Notes under the pieces: model-generated
The model's database searches: none
What the model was told of the DNA's origin: nothing
Seen by the model: only the letters and a program-made list of their open reading frames with translations
Translations under genes and position numbers: made by a program
Assembly: GCA_964016885.1 (NCBI GenBank)
Contig: CAXHJY010000415.1
Location: 1 to 50,138, forward strand
Source: Eledone cirrhosa
Taxonomy: Eukaryota
Reading direction: 5' to 3'
DNA: 50,138 nt
Shown here: positions 26,969 to 40,316 of the stretch, one piece after another
Numbering within the stretch: the stretch's first letter is position 1
Layout of the letters: every line of letters starts with the position of its first letter

Positions 26969-29900
26969 TAGCTGAGCTACCTGCTGATGCCCGCCGGGTA
27001 TTTTATGAAAGTTACAATATATTTGGCACACATTAGAAAATATTTGACCATTCAAATATGATTGCTGAATTTTTAACCAAAATAGGAATTATAGCAGAAT
27101 ATTTATTGCTGTTTGGTCAATGTAAATCATCTAGATAAAAATATTATTTTTTTCCAGTGGCGATTTTTTGAATACTCGTCCCTATTACAGTCAGCATATA
27201 TAATGCTTTACTCATAGATGAATCATTAGGTATGTTGTCAGTGAAAAGGGCATGACCAAAAAAACATTTAGATTTTTTTTATTTATCATTTTCTTTCTTT
27301 TTTTTTTTTTTTGCTCAATCTGAACCTCTGAAATTCAAACAACATGTAAAGACTATTTTAAAAACCAAAAATAAAATAAGAAAATACATTTACCATTGGT
27401 TTATGATTTAATGAAGCATTTACTTACTCATTTCTGTAATTCGGGGAAAGTGTATTTAAATTTGTACACTGTAGCTTTCACCAATCTTTGCCTCTATGGC
27501 AGTAGGATCTTGTTTGAGGGAGATTTGTTTTCTATTTCTATTAGATATACCAACAGTTATAGTGGCTCACATGACATACATAGATACATACACACACATG
27601 TATGTGTGTAAGACAGTTGTTTGTGATTTGAAATGGATTTTGCTAATATTTCTAGTAGATCGAGTTATCACATAGAACCATTCCTTTTCGCTTCATACAT
27701 ATATACATACCTGAGGTGGGATTTGAAGGAAATTTGGCTGCTATTTATACTCAACAAAATCCTCACTTATACTACTTTATATAGCAGAGGTACCCGGGAA
27801 TGCCTGCATATTCTTCCAAAGTAGCACCTTGCAGTAAATTTGCGGCTTCAGAATTCCTTTCAAACTACATGACTAAGGAATTAGGATCTGTGTGTATTGT
27901 CATTGAATGAGGAATTACGACATTGCTCATTCCAAAGCCTCTGGATAAACAACATTCTTGGTTTTGCCCTGTGGTACCACAATGAAGAGACAATCAGGGT
28001 TACCAACCCTTGTTGTGCCAACATAGAGTTGACCATGTGAAAAGACAGGATCTGCCAGATTCAACCCAACGACTTTCAATGATTTCCCTTGAGATTTATT
28101 AATGGTCATGGCAAAAAAGATCCTGATCGGAAATTGAAGTCTTTGAAATTCAAATGGCAAATCAGTTGGCTTCAGAGGTATTCTGGGAAGGAAACAATTA
28201 TTACCAGCAAATTTTCCTGACATGATTGCAACTTCTAGAACATTGGACATCATATTTTTCATGATGACTCTTGTGCCATTACAAAGTTTTGGAGGATCCA
28301 GAATGCGAAGTAGCATAACCGAGGTTCCAAGCTTCAGTATCAGGTTGTGTGGAAGAATTCCCGCTCGTTCAAGACTGTTCAAAATTTCAGTTGGATAGTT
28401 TACAACTTGATCTTGAGAAGTGATTGTGTCAACTGATTTGTAGCATATTTTCTCTCCCAGTAACATCTCCAGCAGCCTTCTGTTGATTTCTTTCACAACA
28501 ACATTTTTAGGTGCTAAGATTGCTCGCTTACAGAGCCATTTCGGATCACTTGCCTGGTTTGAATTTTTGGGAACACTCTGGCAATCAGTTCTTGTTCTGT
28601 GTCAATGATATGGGAAAATGACAACTGAATATGCTCATTGGAGTCCTTTTCAAAAAGTTCATTTCCAAATTTAAGTAGTTGGATGGCAAACTCACTGACA
28701 CCTTCGTCACCAGTTAAGTGCACTCGCATGTTGGTTGTAAGGAAAGCGGGACCAGAGATAGGATGTTTTCAGACAGGCATTGACCTGATCAGCTCGAGTC
28801 CCTCGAAGAATTACAGGCAGATTTTGTTTGAAATCACCAGCAAGAACCATTATTACTCCTCCCATTATGCAACTATTTTCTCTCAGATCCCTTATCGTCC
28901 GGTCCAAAGCTTCAATTGCTCCTTTATGGCTCAGAGTAGCTTCATCCCAAATTATCATCTTGCATGTTTGCAGAAGCTTGCCCTTGGGTGAGTTCTTCTT
29001 GATGTTGCAAAAAGATTGTTCATGCCGTGTGAGATCTATGGGCAGTTTAAACATGGAATGTGCAGTTCTTCCTCCATCCAGAAGTGTTGCTGCAATGCCA
29101 CTTGAAGCCACAGCAAGGGCAATATGTTGCTTTTTGCGAACTTTTGCAAGCAGGAGGTTTATGAGGAATGCTTTCGATGACGTTGTGGTAGGCGTATTTC
29201 TGGTCATCCATCAATCGAAGTTCATTTTCATCCACAAACTTATGCAATGCTTGAATATCGTAGTTTGTCTCCTGAAAAATGTCTTGTGTTACCTCCATTT
29301 CTTCATCTGGCTCTGGCATCCCGCAGTTATCTAATGTGCTATTCATTGCCCGGGGGCATATTCCATATACATATTGCCATGATGTCTTCGGGCTAGGTGT
29401 AGATAGTCGTCCGACATTGTTTTTGTACTCCTGCCAAAGTAGATGAGCTTCATCAATTCCACATGCTGTGAGCATAATAGCAAATAATTGTCTTATTTGA
29501 CTGGCTAATTGAGTGATTGCTGCTTCTTCTAGGTACTTCTTCCAGTGTCTATTGTAATGCAGGAGTCCATGCTGTTTACATGCTTCTTAGTATGCTGCGC
29601 ACTCCCTTCCTCTGAAGCCCCTAAGATCCTCAAATGATGTTGGTCCTCGAACAGTATGCAGAAGTAGCCATAAATAAAAACATTCTCTGTTGTTGTGATG
29701 GACATTGTAAACACGCCCAATAGCATCACTTGACTTGACTTCATGACCTTCCACTAAATGACCCTGCTTTCTCCGATTCCAGGTCTTTCAATTGGTCCAG
29801 GTGTAGTATGTTGCGACTTCAACATATAAGAGGCATCGAGCAAATTCATCATTCTGGCAGAGTTTAAATAAAGCAGTTAGTGTAGTGTCATGTGATGTTT

Positions 29901-32240
29901 GTGCCAACTGATGAGCAGTGATCTCAGTGAAGTACACTCTCTGTCCATTTTCTAGATGGACTGAGATATGACCACTGTTGGGTGGCATTGGTGGATATCG
30001 AATCCAAAGATTCGCCAGATAGCTTCATTGCTGGAGATGTATCGACCTGTTTGATACCGTTTGACCTCATCCAGCCCACCATCATTGAGTTCTTTGTCAG
30101 TAATAAATGTAGCCATGTCATTGCCCTTGTTGATATATTTTGTGACATATAGTATTGCCTTGACGGAGCTGCAATACTCAACATATGATATGAGCTTTTA
30201 AAGGCTTACACAACAATTTGTTGTGTGGGACGACCCAGCAATTGTTTATGGTCAGCTCCGCTCTCCGAACGGTTAGGCTTGCAGTATTGCCGCCATGTTC
30301 TGGTCTACGCCTACGATAAAGGGGGTATCCATTATTGTCAGTCCGAGTTTCCAGAATAAAAGCTCTAGGATAATGTTTGCTGCATTTTTTATCTTTCATG
30401 CAGGGAGAGGCTGGATTGATGACTCCACATGGACCATGAATGATTTTGGACTTGATGGTTTCAAAGAGCTCTGGATCACCACCTTTATCAAACAACTCTC
30501 CTGAAATGATCTTATCAACATCATCTGGTCTTATCTTCTTCTTGCACCAGATTAGTGTGTAATCGTGAGGAAGACCTCTCGTCTGCCACTCAATAGTGGT
30601 CATCCAAGCACTAAGCTCACCAAAGATTCTTCCTTCTTTTAGGAACCAGATGAGTATTTTTTCTATTGCTTTTCATGGGAAACCCGAGCAATAAGGTCAT
30701 GGCAATTCTTTGGTTTTTGATTTTGAAATAATTCATTGGATATTTCTAACCAGTTTTAATTGCATGTAAATGTAATGAAGAGATCTGGCCGACCAAATTT
30801 TCTGACATAGGCCATTGCATCTTGCGTACGTTCATGAATGTAACGTGGTCCTCTCGTGAAGCTTGATGGTAGATTGACTGGCTAGCCAATATTTCTTGGG
30901 TCAACATCAGAATTGATGGTATCTCTAAGGTGGATGTAGTTATCTGCCCTCAACTTAGTTTGATTCCTTCGCAGAAAACCCAATCTTTCTGTTTCAATTT
31001 TGGCATACATGTCCACCATGAACTGGCTGTTTACTTTTTTTGAATCGCAGAACTTGGTTGAAGTGATCACGTATCATGAAATGTTAAGCATAGAATTCTT
31101 TGCAGCTGATTGATCGGCCAATTTCTTGTCCCGTTCCTGGGCTGATCTGCCGTAGCTGAAAATGATATCCATCTTGACCATTCCAAAAGATGAGCGGATA
31201 TTGGAGTGAATCATAGGCTCTATGAGTTTCACAAATTGGCTCCAAATGTCCATTTCGTTTTTGCAAAACAATGTCACGTCGTTCATGCTGTTCATCAACC
31301 ATTATGATTGCAACTTCATCAGTGACAGATGCATTGAATCTGCATTCATGTTCTGGAGCTGGGCGTTTTTCTGCCCTAATGATGATTTTACGTTCTCTGG
31401 TGTTGTTCATATGCTCCAGTGCATATTTAAATACACTGACGTACATGTGATGTTGGTGAAGCATTTCTTGTAACTTTATGACTATGTAGAACTGCAATCC
31501 ACCATGGACATTGGTACATCTTTGTTGTGCCTGTGTTTCATTTCAACCCATGAAGTAAACCTGCACAAATTTGTGAGGCTCATGTGAAAGTGGCAGAAGG
31601 CGGCCCATTAAGTGGTAACACTGTCCCTGGATTTTATTAGTTGTACAGAATCTAAAGTCAGTCACATTCCTGTCACCCAAAAAGATGTCATTTGAAAGGC
31701 AGAATTATATTTTATGATGTATTTATCGAAGTGTCGTGCTTCTGGTGTATGCTGAATGAGCAGAATATTCAGAAATTCAGGAGGTTCTTGTATTGTTTTA
31801 AGGCTCACTTTGCCTTTTGAGCAGCATAGACTTGGTGTTACCGCTGCCCACTTCTTGGCACCACAATACTGGCAGCATTTGTTCATTTTCCCAATGTTGA
31901 TTTGTGGATTACTGCTGTAGTCCTTTTGGGGGTCATCAGCCAGTTCATTTTACTTGGAGATTGCTCTCCTGCTCGGGCAGTAGAACGATGTGCTTGATTA
32001 GCATTTCGTCTGATTTGCTGCTGTTCCTTAATTTGTTGTTCTTGTGTAGCATCAGTCCTTTGTTCCCTTTCATTCAAACGGTGTGCTCGTGCTAAAGTTG
32101 TTTGGGCTCTGTTAGCAGCTAGACGGGCATGCCGAACTTCTTCACTTTCTTCAGATCGCTGTGTTTTCTTGCTCTTAGCCTCTGAAGATAACCTTCCATA
32201 TAATGATCTGGAACGTTTTCTAGGCATTTGAAGTGATATT
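26968..32240 (-). mobile_element. Decayed autonomous Helitron (5' end not identified)
   Basis: Rep-Hel remnant; minus-strand 3' end with an imperfect GC hairpin (26978-27000), then CTAG (26971-26968) followed by T. Confidence 0.8.
27927..32227 (-). pseudogene. Helitron Rep (HUH/Y2) - Pif1 helicase pseudogene
   Basis: MPRKRS start, CQYCGAKKW...CCSKGKV, YNSAFQMTSF, YDSLQYPL, KIETERL, GRPDLFITFTCN, EWQTRGLPH, HGPCG, YVTKYINKG, VHLENGQRVYF, VASSGIAATLLDGGRTAHS, IIWDE, GDFKQNLPV, AMTINKSQG, FSHGQLYV. Numerous stops and frameshifts. Confidence 0.95.
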
Positions 32241-32257
32241 ATTACACACCACACGAG

Positions 32258-32322
32258 AAAATAAAGTACCAGTAATGCACTGGAATAATTGTTGGCCTTG
32301 TGCCAAAAGTAGAAACAATTAT
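32258..32322 (+). mobile_element. SINE 3' fragment
   Basis: Near-identical to 49386-49450 (aaaataaagtaccagtaat...ggccttgtgccaaaagtagaaacaattatt). Confidence 0.7.
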
Positions 32323-32334
32323 TACACACCTAAC

Positions 32335-32608
32335 CGGTGTGTACATGGGGTGGGGTGTAAGTCGGTGTGTGAGTGCGTGTATATATGTACAGGTGGATGC
32401 GTGCGTGTGGGGGTGTGGGTGTGCGGGTGCTAGTGCGAGAGATGGGGATGTTAGTATTGTTAGTGGTGGAGTGGACCAAAGGGTGGGGGAGGTGAAACTG
32501 AGGGGTGTGTTAATAGTGTTAGTTGGGGATGTGTGTGGGGGAAATGTGGGAGGTCGAAGGCTAAAGGAATAGGGGATGGGAGTTCAGGCCGGGGGGAATC
32601 CGTAGGGT
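32335..32608 (-). mobile_element. Fragment of lineage-3 PLE 3' region
   Basis: Reverse complement aligns to ~46738-47050 (ccccccggcctgaactccc..., ctaacaatactaaca). Confidence 0.7.
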
Positions 32609-32697
32609 GAAGATATACATGTAGAAGCAGGATTCTTATAGAATTCCAGTAATAATCAGGAGCTGATTATACAGAGCGATTGCCGCTCCAGCATAAA

Positions 32698-32731
<34 letters not shown>

Positions 32732-32768
32732 GTATATATATATATGTATATATATATGTATATATATA

Positions 32769-32837
<69 letters not shown>

Positions 32838-32994
32838 GTATATATATATGTATATATATATGTATATATATATGTATATATATATATGTATATATATATG
32901 TTATTATATATATATATGTATATATATATGTATATATATATGTATATATATATATGTATATATATATGTATATATATATATGTATATATATATG

Positions 32995-33052
<58 letters not shown>
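32698..33052. repeat. (TA)n/(TATG) microsatellite
   Basis: Directly visible. Confidence 0.95.
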
Positions 33053-33059
<7 letters not shown>

Positions 33060-33254
33060 GTGGGTTTTTTTTTACAAAATGAAAAATAACCGAGGTGTCC
33101 TACACGAGTGAAAGTATAAAGAAAAAGGGATGAAATCGAAAATGCAACTGAAGTCTTATTTTTTTTTAAAATATATATATTTATTTGGTTCCTTTACCGG
33201 TTTCGCAGTTCTTCTGCTTTTCAAAAGGTGAGTTGAGATGGAGGGTCTGTGGTT
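33053..33254 (-). mobile_element. Single-arm copy of unit B with U3-A8 hammerhead (33191-33228)
   Basis: Matches 13655-13857 and has the same TTTCTAA-(TA)n end. Confidence 0.85.
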
Positions 33255-33811
<557 letters not shown>

Positions 33812-34529
33812 TCTCTTACTACCTAATTAGTTTAAAATCTTCTTTTTCTCAAACGCTTTTATATTTTTTACAAATATACCCATCTTTCTACCTTATTTCA
33901 GTATATTATACAATATTACTCATACTATGTCGTTAGCGGTCCCCTAATTTTCTTCTTTTTTTAATTTTTAATTTATAATCTTTAATCTTCAACTTTTACT
34001 TCTTAATTCATCTTATAACTCACTATAGCATTTTCCTTATATTCTCGGCCATACAAATCTTTATTTTTAATATATACTAATATTACCATTAGAGAAATTT
34101 TGTAAACATATATTTTTTTGACATTATATATTTTTTTCTTCCTTGAATTTTTACTTTCTTCCCTCCTTCCGTGCTCGTATTAAATCTATTATTTACTTTT
34201 TCCTATTACAATATATAGAAACAAACTTGGACCCTAATTAATTCCTCTAAGTTCATAATTCATTTAACCTTATCTTCATTCACCTTATCTTCTTAATATA
34301 TTTTATTCTAATAATAAATTTTAATAAATTCCTTTTCGCACAACTTATTAAACCCTTCAATATATAAACGTTAAATAAATAGTATTCTTAATTCCTTTTT
34401 CTTTAATCATAAGCATCACCATTCATAAACCTCATTAACTTTTAATTTCGTAATTTTTTAATTATGTATTATCTTACAACGGTTTTTTTTTTTATTTTTC
34501 TCTGTGAGACATTGTTTCTCGGTATTAAA

Positions 34530-34588
<59 letters not shown>

Positions 34589-34802
34589 ACTCATTTTCTC
34601 CTTCTCTCTCATCCTTCATTCTTATACTCCTCCTCCGTTATCCTTTCCTTATTATTATATTTGTTTTCTTCTATCTATATTCTTTCTTCCTCTTCCTTAC
34701 CTTTTCCTTCCCCCCTTCCTTTCCTTTTTTGCAATCTCATATATCTATCTTATTTTATTTTTCACATGCTCGCAAGTGTTTTTTAAACTTCATATCATGT
34801 CT

Positions 34803-34881
34803 CCATATTTTATATGATGAGAACGCAAATATCATCCCATGATGATATTTCTTTTTGAAATGCGCCTAATAAAATACATGG
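34803..34881 (+). ncRNA. Degenerate hammerhead remnant
   Basis: TATTTTAT aTGATGA GAA...ATATCATcccATGATGATAT...t GAAA TGCGCC TA ATAAAATA. C3 is mutated; lies at the 3' end of the upstream PLE fragment. Confidence 0.45.
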
Positions 34882-34939
34882 AACTCTTTTAACCATCCTT
34901 TTATTTTATATTATATATATATATATATAGAGAGAGAGA

Positions 34940-36658
34940 GAATTAATAATAGAATCTTAAATTGAAACCCTAACCAAAATAACCATAATAGCAATAATAA
35001 TATTTCTAGTAATATCCAACATAATAGTACCGTTCCGAGCAACAATAACTCCGTAAAATGTAACTGTAGAATCAAATCAAACTTCCCTTTATAAAATAAG
35101 TGTTTAGATAAAAACGTAGTCTATAAATGCACAGTTAAAACTAGTGATAATATATTTAACTAAGTCGGTGCCACTTCTACAAAATTTAAAGATCGCTGGA
35201 ATAACCATAATCATTCTTTCAGAGGATCTGATAAAAAATCTTCTACTTCTCTTTAACATCTTATATGGAACTTAAAAAGCAAGAATATAGACTATTCAAT
35301 ATCTTGGAAACGATTTCGAAAGCAGCTGCATACCGAAATATGGCTTTATCAAAATTCTGTAAATTGTGTATTGAAGAAAATTTTATATAATTAACTGTCA
35401 AAACTCTATTAATCTCAGGACAGAATTATTTAATTCTTGCAGACATCGCCAAAATTCTACATTCAGAACTATGTGTAATTTATAATATTCCTATAAATCT
35501 TTAAAATGATCCTATCTTTTTTAACAATTTAAATTTGTTATATATTAATATCTCTAAATCATAATATCTCTAATATGTGTAGTACTTTCACCTTTCAGAA
35601 AATATTTCTTATAATATATATATATATTTATTTATTTATATATATATATGTGTATAGATATTTATATATATTTATGTATATCTATGTAATTTTAATTTTA
35701 ATTTTTTAATTTTTTATTTCTTTAATTCTTACATCATATTTTTTCATTGACACCCTCTAAAGCTATTTTTTTAAACGTAGATTAATAACCATTAACTGGC
35801 TTTAGGAAAATGTATCCTATGCAAGAGGATGTTTAAATACTCATATTTCTTTCGACTAAATAATTAATCAATCTCACACTAACTATTAAAACATTTATCG
35901 ATTAACAAATAAAATTGGAGTTATACTTCCTTTCTCAGTCATATAAACTTATTAAACCTATCCCCGTTAATTTAAAACATTCTCAAAGCCGAACAAGTTA
36001 TCCAAATATATAAATTCATAATTTTAACTACCTATTTATGTACATAAAATACAAAATCAATCCCCTCGTAACTCATATTAAAAACAACCACCTAAAACTT
36101 GAACTACCTATTTATTTATTTATCTACATAAAACACAAAGTCAACATCACTCGTAACTCATAGTATAAACAACTAATAATTGCAAATTATCCTTTTAATA
36201 AAAATACATATGCTATTATTAAAATATATATAGATATTTATATATTTAACCCACTACAATATTATAATAAAATAAATACTTACTAACATAATTCTCCATA
36301 TAAATATATACATAATATAGGTAAATATTCAAATTTATTTCCCCCAAATTAACGTATATAAGTGGTCTTCTTTTTCTTTTTCCTTCTTCCTCTTTTTCTT
36401 TTTACTTTTTTACTTTTTTCTTTTTTCTTTCTTACTCTCTTACTACTATATCTAAACTTTCTATAGCGTTTAAAATAACGGCTTTTCAATCATATAACTC
36501 AACATTATTTACATATTCATTTGCATACTCATCCATAAGTGTGAAAAATCCGCTCCTTAATCTCAATACCCAAGGAAAATTCAACTGATAAGGTATGTTT
36601 CCTTGGGTATGTCAACATTTATAAAACATTCTTTGTATTTTATCTGATGAAAGCGTAC

Positions 36659-36660
<2 letters not shown>
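34940..36660 (+). mobile_element. 5'-truncated decayed lineage-2 PLE (GIY-YIG remnant and AT-rich 3' region)
   Basis: 34950-35560 is homologous to the reverse of 21400-22020; 36460-36628 is homologous to the reverse of 21010-21165. Confidence 0.8.
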
Positions 36661-36716
<56 letters not shown>

Positions 36717-36717
36717 G

Positions 36718-39700
36718 TTTTGCAAGGTTTTTTATATGAAATCGTGTGTCCAAACAGATATTGTTATATTTGGGGAGGGTCATATTTGCGTAATATTGCC
36801 AGAATTAATAACAGAACACACTCACTGTTTGGTTGGTTTTCGCTTCTCGCTGTCTTTTATATATATATATCTGCGATCTAACTTACTCGGTCCTCAATGT
36901 TGCCATTGACTGACCGGCGGTCAAAAATAATACAGATACAATATAGACACAAACACATATATATAGTTTACATAATTTACATAAACCTTTCGTTGCACAT
37001 CTGCAACATCGTCAGTGGTGTTATATTCATTGTTCCTCCTGTTGTGTTGTATGTCTACGCCATTTTTTTTGTTCAGTCTGTCTATATATTTATTTATTTA
37101 TTTGCTTGTTTGTTTATCTTATTTTATTTTGTCTTCTTTGCGCATGCGTTTGCGTTTGCGTGTGTGTATAGTGTTATGTGTGATGTGTGACTAGTGTGTA
37201 TAGTGTTGTGTCTGCTGGGTGACTAGTGTGTGTTTATGTGCTTGTGTATGTATTTATTTATCTTATTTTATTTAATTTTATTTACTTATTTATACTTCTC
37301 TTAGGTCAGTGTTGTTTGTTTGGGTGTTGTTGTTGTTCCACTCATTCTTTCTGTTTAGCTTTGGTCTTCTAATTTCTATTTCACTGGCCTCTCTGATTTG
37401 CCTATCTGCTGGGTCATTCCTATGTTTAGATATTATTCTAATTTCTATGTTGTCTATGTTACCGTCATGTTGTTGTCTAGCATGTTCGTATAGTACTGAC
37501 CCGTTTTTTCGTCCTTTTAGTTCCCCCCAGTGTTGGTCTATCCTTTCACCTATGCTACGAGCTGTCTCACCTATGTATGTTGTTGTCATGTTTCTGCAAG
37601 TACCCTCTGTACATCTTATGCTATAGACTACGTTTCTAGTTTTACAGTTTATCCGGGGGTTCACCTTACATATGATACATTTCCTATTGGTACAGTGGGT
37701 TTTCTTAAACGGGTAGGTTTTGCTGATCAGGGATTTTATGGTGGTTCCTGGCTTTTCTACCACCTTTATTTTTAAGTGGGTCTTTCTCAGGGCCTTTCTA
37801 CACTGGTTAGCTAATTTCCCTCCAGGGGTGGCGTCCACAAACATGACACTCTGATATCTCTGGTTGTCGTACCATGATGTGGCCTTCCCTATCTTATGTC
37901 TAGCCCTATCTAAGCTATTCCATGATTTGCTCCTGTATAGTGGGCAAATTCCTTTCATGTCCAGTTCTATGAGGGTCTTATACTTTTCCATGGCTCCTTC
38001 GTATACTCTGACTCTGTCTCTTTGGTTGTAGCCAGAGAACTGCATGCGGTTGATGAAGTGTTGGATGTGTCCTTCCATTTCTGTTGGGTCGCACATGCTG
38101 GACACATTCTTCATCACTCGTACCAAATCTGCGATCAGAATATTAAACTTAGCACTACTGGACATTGCTGAGTTTTTGAGTATCAGGTATTTGGAGGCCA
38201 TGGGTTTAGCATAGTGTGAGTGGAGAATTTGGGCTCTCTCGTCTATAGTGTTAATCCAGAGTTCTGTGTCTAATACAGGTAGTCTATTGTTAGGGTGTTT
38301 GGAAGGGAAGTCTATAGTTACAGTTATACTCTGGTGTATGGAATTAGCTATCTGCTGGATGCTTTCCATCGTGCTACGTTCTAAATCAAACTTGTTAGTG
38401 CTCTCTAGTGGGGGTGTTCTTATAACTATATTGATATCGTCTACATAACGAGAGTACATGATGAGGTCTATGGAGCTTTCATTAAGGAGATCTTTAAGTC
38501 TCCTTTCCCACCATACCATGAAAAGGTTGGCAACATCACCAGCTATGCTGACGCCGATGGCTGCTCCCTCATTTTGGGTGTAGATTTTCTCATTGAACTT
38601 AAATATGTGGCCCTTTAGGGTAGTTTTGATACTAGCCCCTATTGCATGTGCGACCATTTTTCTTACCTGATCAGTGTTTTGGGGGGTCCGTATAGCTTTG
38701 GTCCACCCAATCCACCTTCCTATGGGAGTCTTTTTAGCCATTGAGGTTATGGTGGGGGGTCTACCTCTTATAGGTCTACTAGGGCAGAAACATCTAAGGT
38801 CATGGCTGTCTAGGTAGTCAGTGTCGTAGGTAAGTCTAAGTAGGAGGCCCAGTTCGTCTGTGTCGACGTCGCAGAACTCCACCTCACTCTCAATGATCAT
38901 CTCCACACATCTTTTCACAGCAAAATCAATGTTAATGGATGGGTACAGTGACACCACATCCATGCTGCCTATTATGCAGTTGGATAAGCTCCTGTTTTTG
39001 TTGCACTCACTGATTCTGCTGAGGAGGTCCTCTGTACTTTCACATACATCTGGGCACATCTTGATTATGGGGCGTATAACCATTGAGAGGAAGTAGGAGA
39101 TCCTGTAGTTGCTAGCTATATTAGCTCCGCATACGGGTCTTGTTGGTGGTCCTGTTGTCGGGTCGTCGACTGTCTTGTGGTCTTTGCGGAGCCCATACAA
39201 GGGTGGTATGCCATTGTTAGACGCCTGGAAGTTGTTGGCAGTGCGTCTGCTTGGCTTTAGGATGTCAGTCCACATCATCATGTGAGCGTTGAGGATTTTT
39301 TCTCTCCCATCGTGTGTTAGTTGTGCAACTTCGCTCGTGTTGGTGATGTGGGGTTGCATTGCCTCGATGTAGTTCGGCATGCTATCTATTGACATCCTAC
39401 CAGACTTATCTGTGGGTAGACACACTACCTCACCATCCCTTGTGCGCTGCTTGAGGCTAACCAAGCCTTCTACAGGTTTTATCCCAAGTTGTTGGGCCTC
39501 TGGTCTGCTCTGTCTCATAGTGTACCTGTCTACTACTTGTCTAATCTTATTTCTAGCTATGGTGAACTGTGCCTCCGTCTCGTCATCTATTTGCTGTGGT
39601 ATGCAAACTCTTTCATTAAAGGGTAACCTCGTAGGATAGATATTACCCATCTTATATGTTTTGTCAGCTGGGTTGAAAAATAGTTTCTCTAAGGGGTTGT

Positions 39701-40281
39701 CGTTATTTCTATCGTCATAGTTGTGTGTGTTGCTATTATTGTTATCATGGTGGTTGTTGTTGTTTCTATCATTAGCATTAATATTATTATTCTTATGATT
39801 GCTAGATGTATTGTTGTTTACTTCACCGTTATTGTTGTTGTTGTTACTGCTATTTCTACCATTGTGGTTGTTACTATTATTATGTTTCTTGTTTTTGTTG
39901 ATGTTGCTACATGTACTATTTCCATTATTACCACTGTGGTTATTGTTGTTGTTGTTGTTCGTATTGTTACCGTTATTACTACTGTGGTCACTGTTGCTGT
40001 GTCTGTGGTTAACGTTTCTATTATTATTATTATTGTGGTTGTTGTTGTTCTGTCTATCGCTAGTATTATTGCCATTATCACTATTTCTCACTTTCCTGCC
40101 ATTGTTATGGTTATGGCTGTTATTTCTATACCCAGAGTTATTGTTTATATTACTACTACCGTTATTATTGTTGTTGTTGTTTACCTTTGCATTCCAACGT
40201 ATTTTTGTGAAACACTTTTCCAGCTCCGTTTTGCATTCCATGGGGTTAATCTTTTTGTAGATGGCAAATTTTGGTGGTAAC
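36718..40281 (-). mobile_element. PLE family 1b, inverted (left) arm
   Basis: 36758-40281 is the reverse complement of 40670-44193; the 3' end joins (TA)n at ~36717. Confidence 0.95.
36971..37025 (-). ncRNA. Hammerhead-like motif (mirror of 43926-43980)
   Basis: CTGACGA t GTTGCA gatg TGCAAC GAAA GGTT TA. Confidence 0.55.
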
Positions 40282-40283
40282 AA
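37290..40283 (-). CDS. 5'-truncated but uninterrupted PLE RT + GIY-YIG ORF
   Basis: 997 aa open frame, nearly identical to 40317-43661 from LPP onward. No natural start codon. Confidence 0.9.
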   Translation of the reverse strand: MLPPKFAIYKKINPMECKTELEKCFTKIRWNAKVNNNNNNNGSSNINNNSGYRNNSHNHNNGRKVRNSDNGNNTSDRQNNNNHNNNNNRNVNHRHSNSDHSSNNGNNTNNNNNNNHSGNNGNSTCSNINKNKKHNNSNNHNGRNSSNNNNNNGEVNNNTSSNHKNNNINANDRNNNNHHDNNNSNTHNYDDRNNDNPLEKLFFNPADKTYKMGNIYPTRLPFNERVCIPQQIDDETEAQFTIARNKIRQVVDRYTMRQSRPEAQQLGIKPVEGLVSLKQRTRDGEVVCLPTDKSGRMSIDSMPNYIEAMQPHITNTSEVAQLTHDGREKILNAHMMMWTDILKPSRRTANNFQASNNGIPPLYGLRKDHKTVDDPTTGPPTRPVCGANIASNYRISYFLSMVIRPIIKMCPDVCESTEDLLSRISECNKNRSLSNCIIGSMDVVSLYPSINIDFAVKRCVEMIIESEVEFCDVDTDELGLLLRLTYDTDYLDSHDLRCFCPSRPIRGRPPTITSMAKKTPIGRWIGWTKAIRTPQNTDQVRKMVAHAIGASIKTTLKGHIFKFNEKIYTQNEGAAIGVSIAGDVANLFMVWWERRLKDLLNESSIDLIMYSRYVDDINIVIRTPPLESTNKFDLERSTMESIQQIANSIHQSITVTIDFPSKHPNNRLPVLDTELWINTIDERAQILHSHYAKPMASKYLILKNSAMSSSAKFNILIADLVRVMKNVSSMCDPTEMEGHIQHFINRMQFSGYNQRDRVRVYEGAMEKYKTLIELDMKGICPLYRSKSWNSLDRARHKIGKATSWYDNQRYQSVMFVDATPGGKLANQCRKALRKTHLKIKVVEKPGTTIKSLISKTYPFKKTHCTNRKCIICKVNPRINCKTRNVVYSIRCTEGTCRNMTTTYIGETARSIGERIDQHWGELKGRKNGSVLYEHARQQHDGNIDNIEIRIISKHRNDPADRQIREASEIEIRRPKLNRKNEWNNNNTQTNNTDLREV

Positions 40284-40316
40284 GCTGAACGGCTAAAACA
40301 CACAATAACAGTTAAA

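Noticed and set aside
27927-29207. Host PIF1 helicase gene
   Set aside because: Colinear with Helitron Rep motifs, intronless and disrupted.
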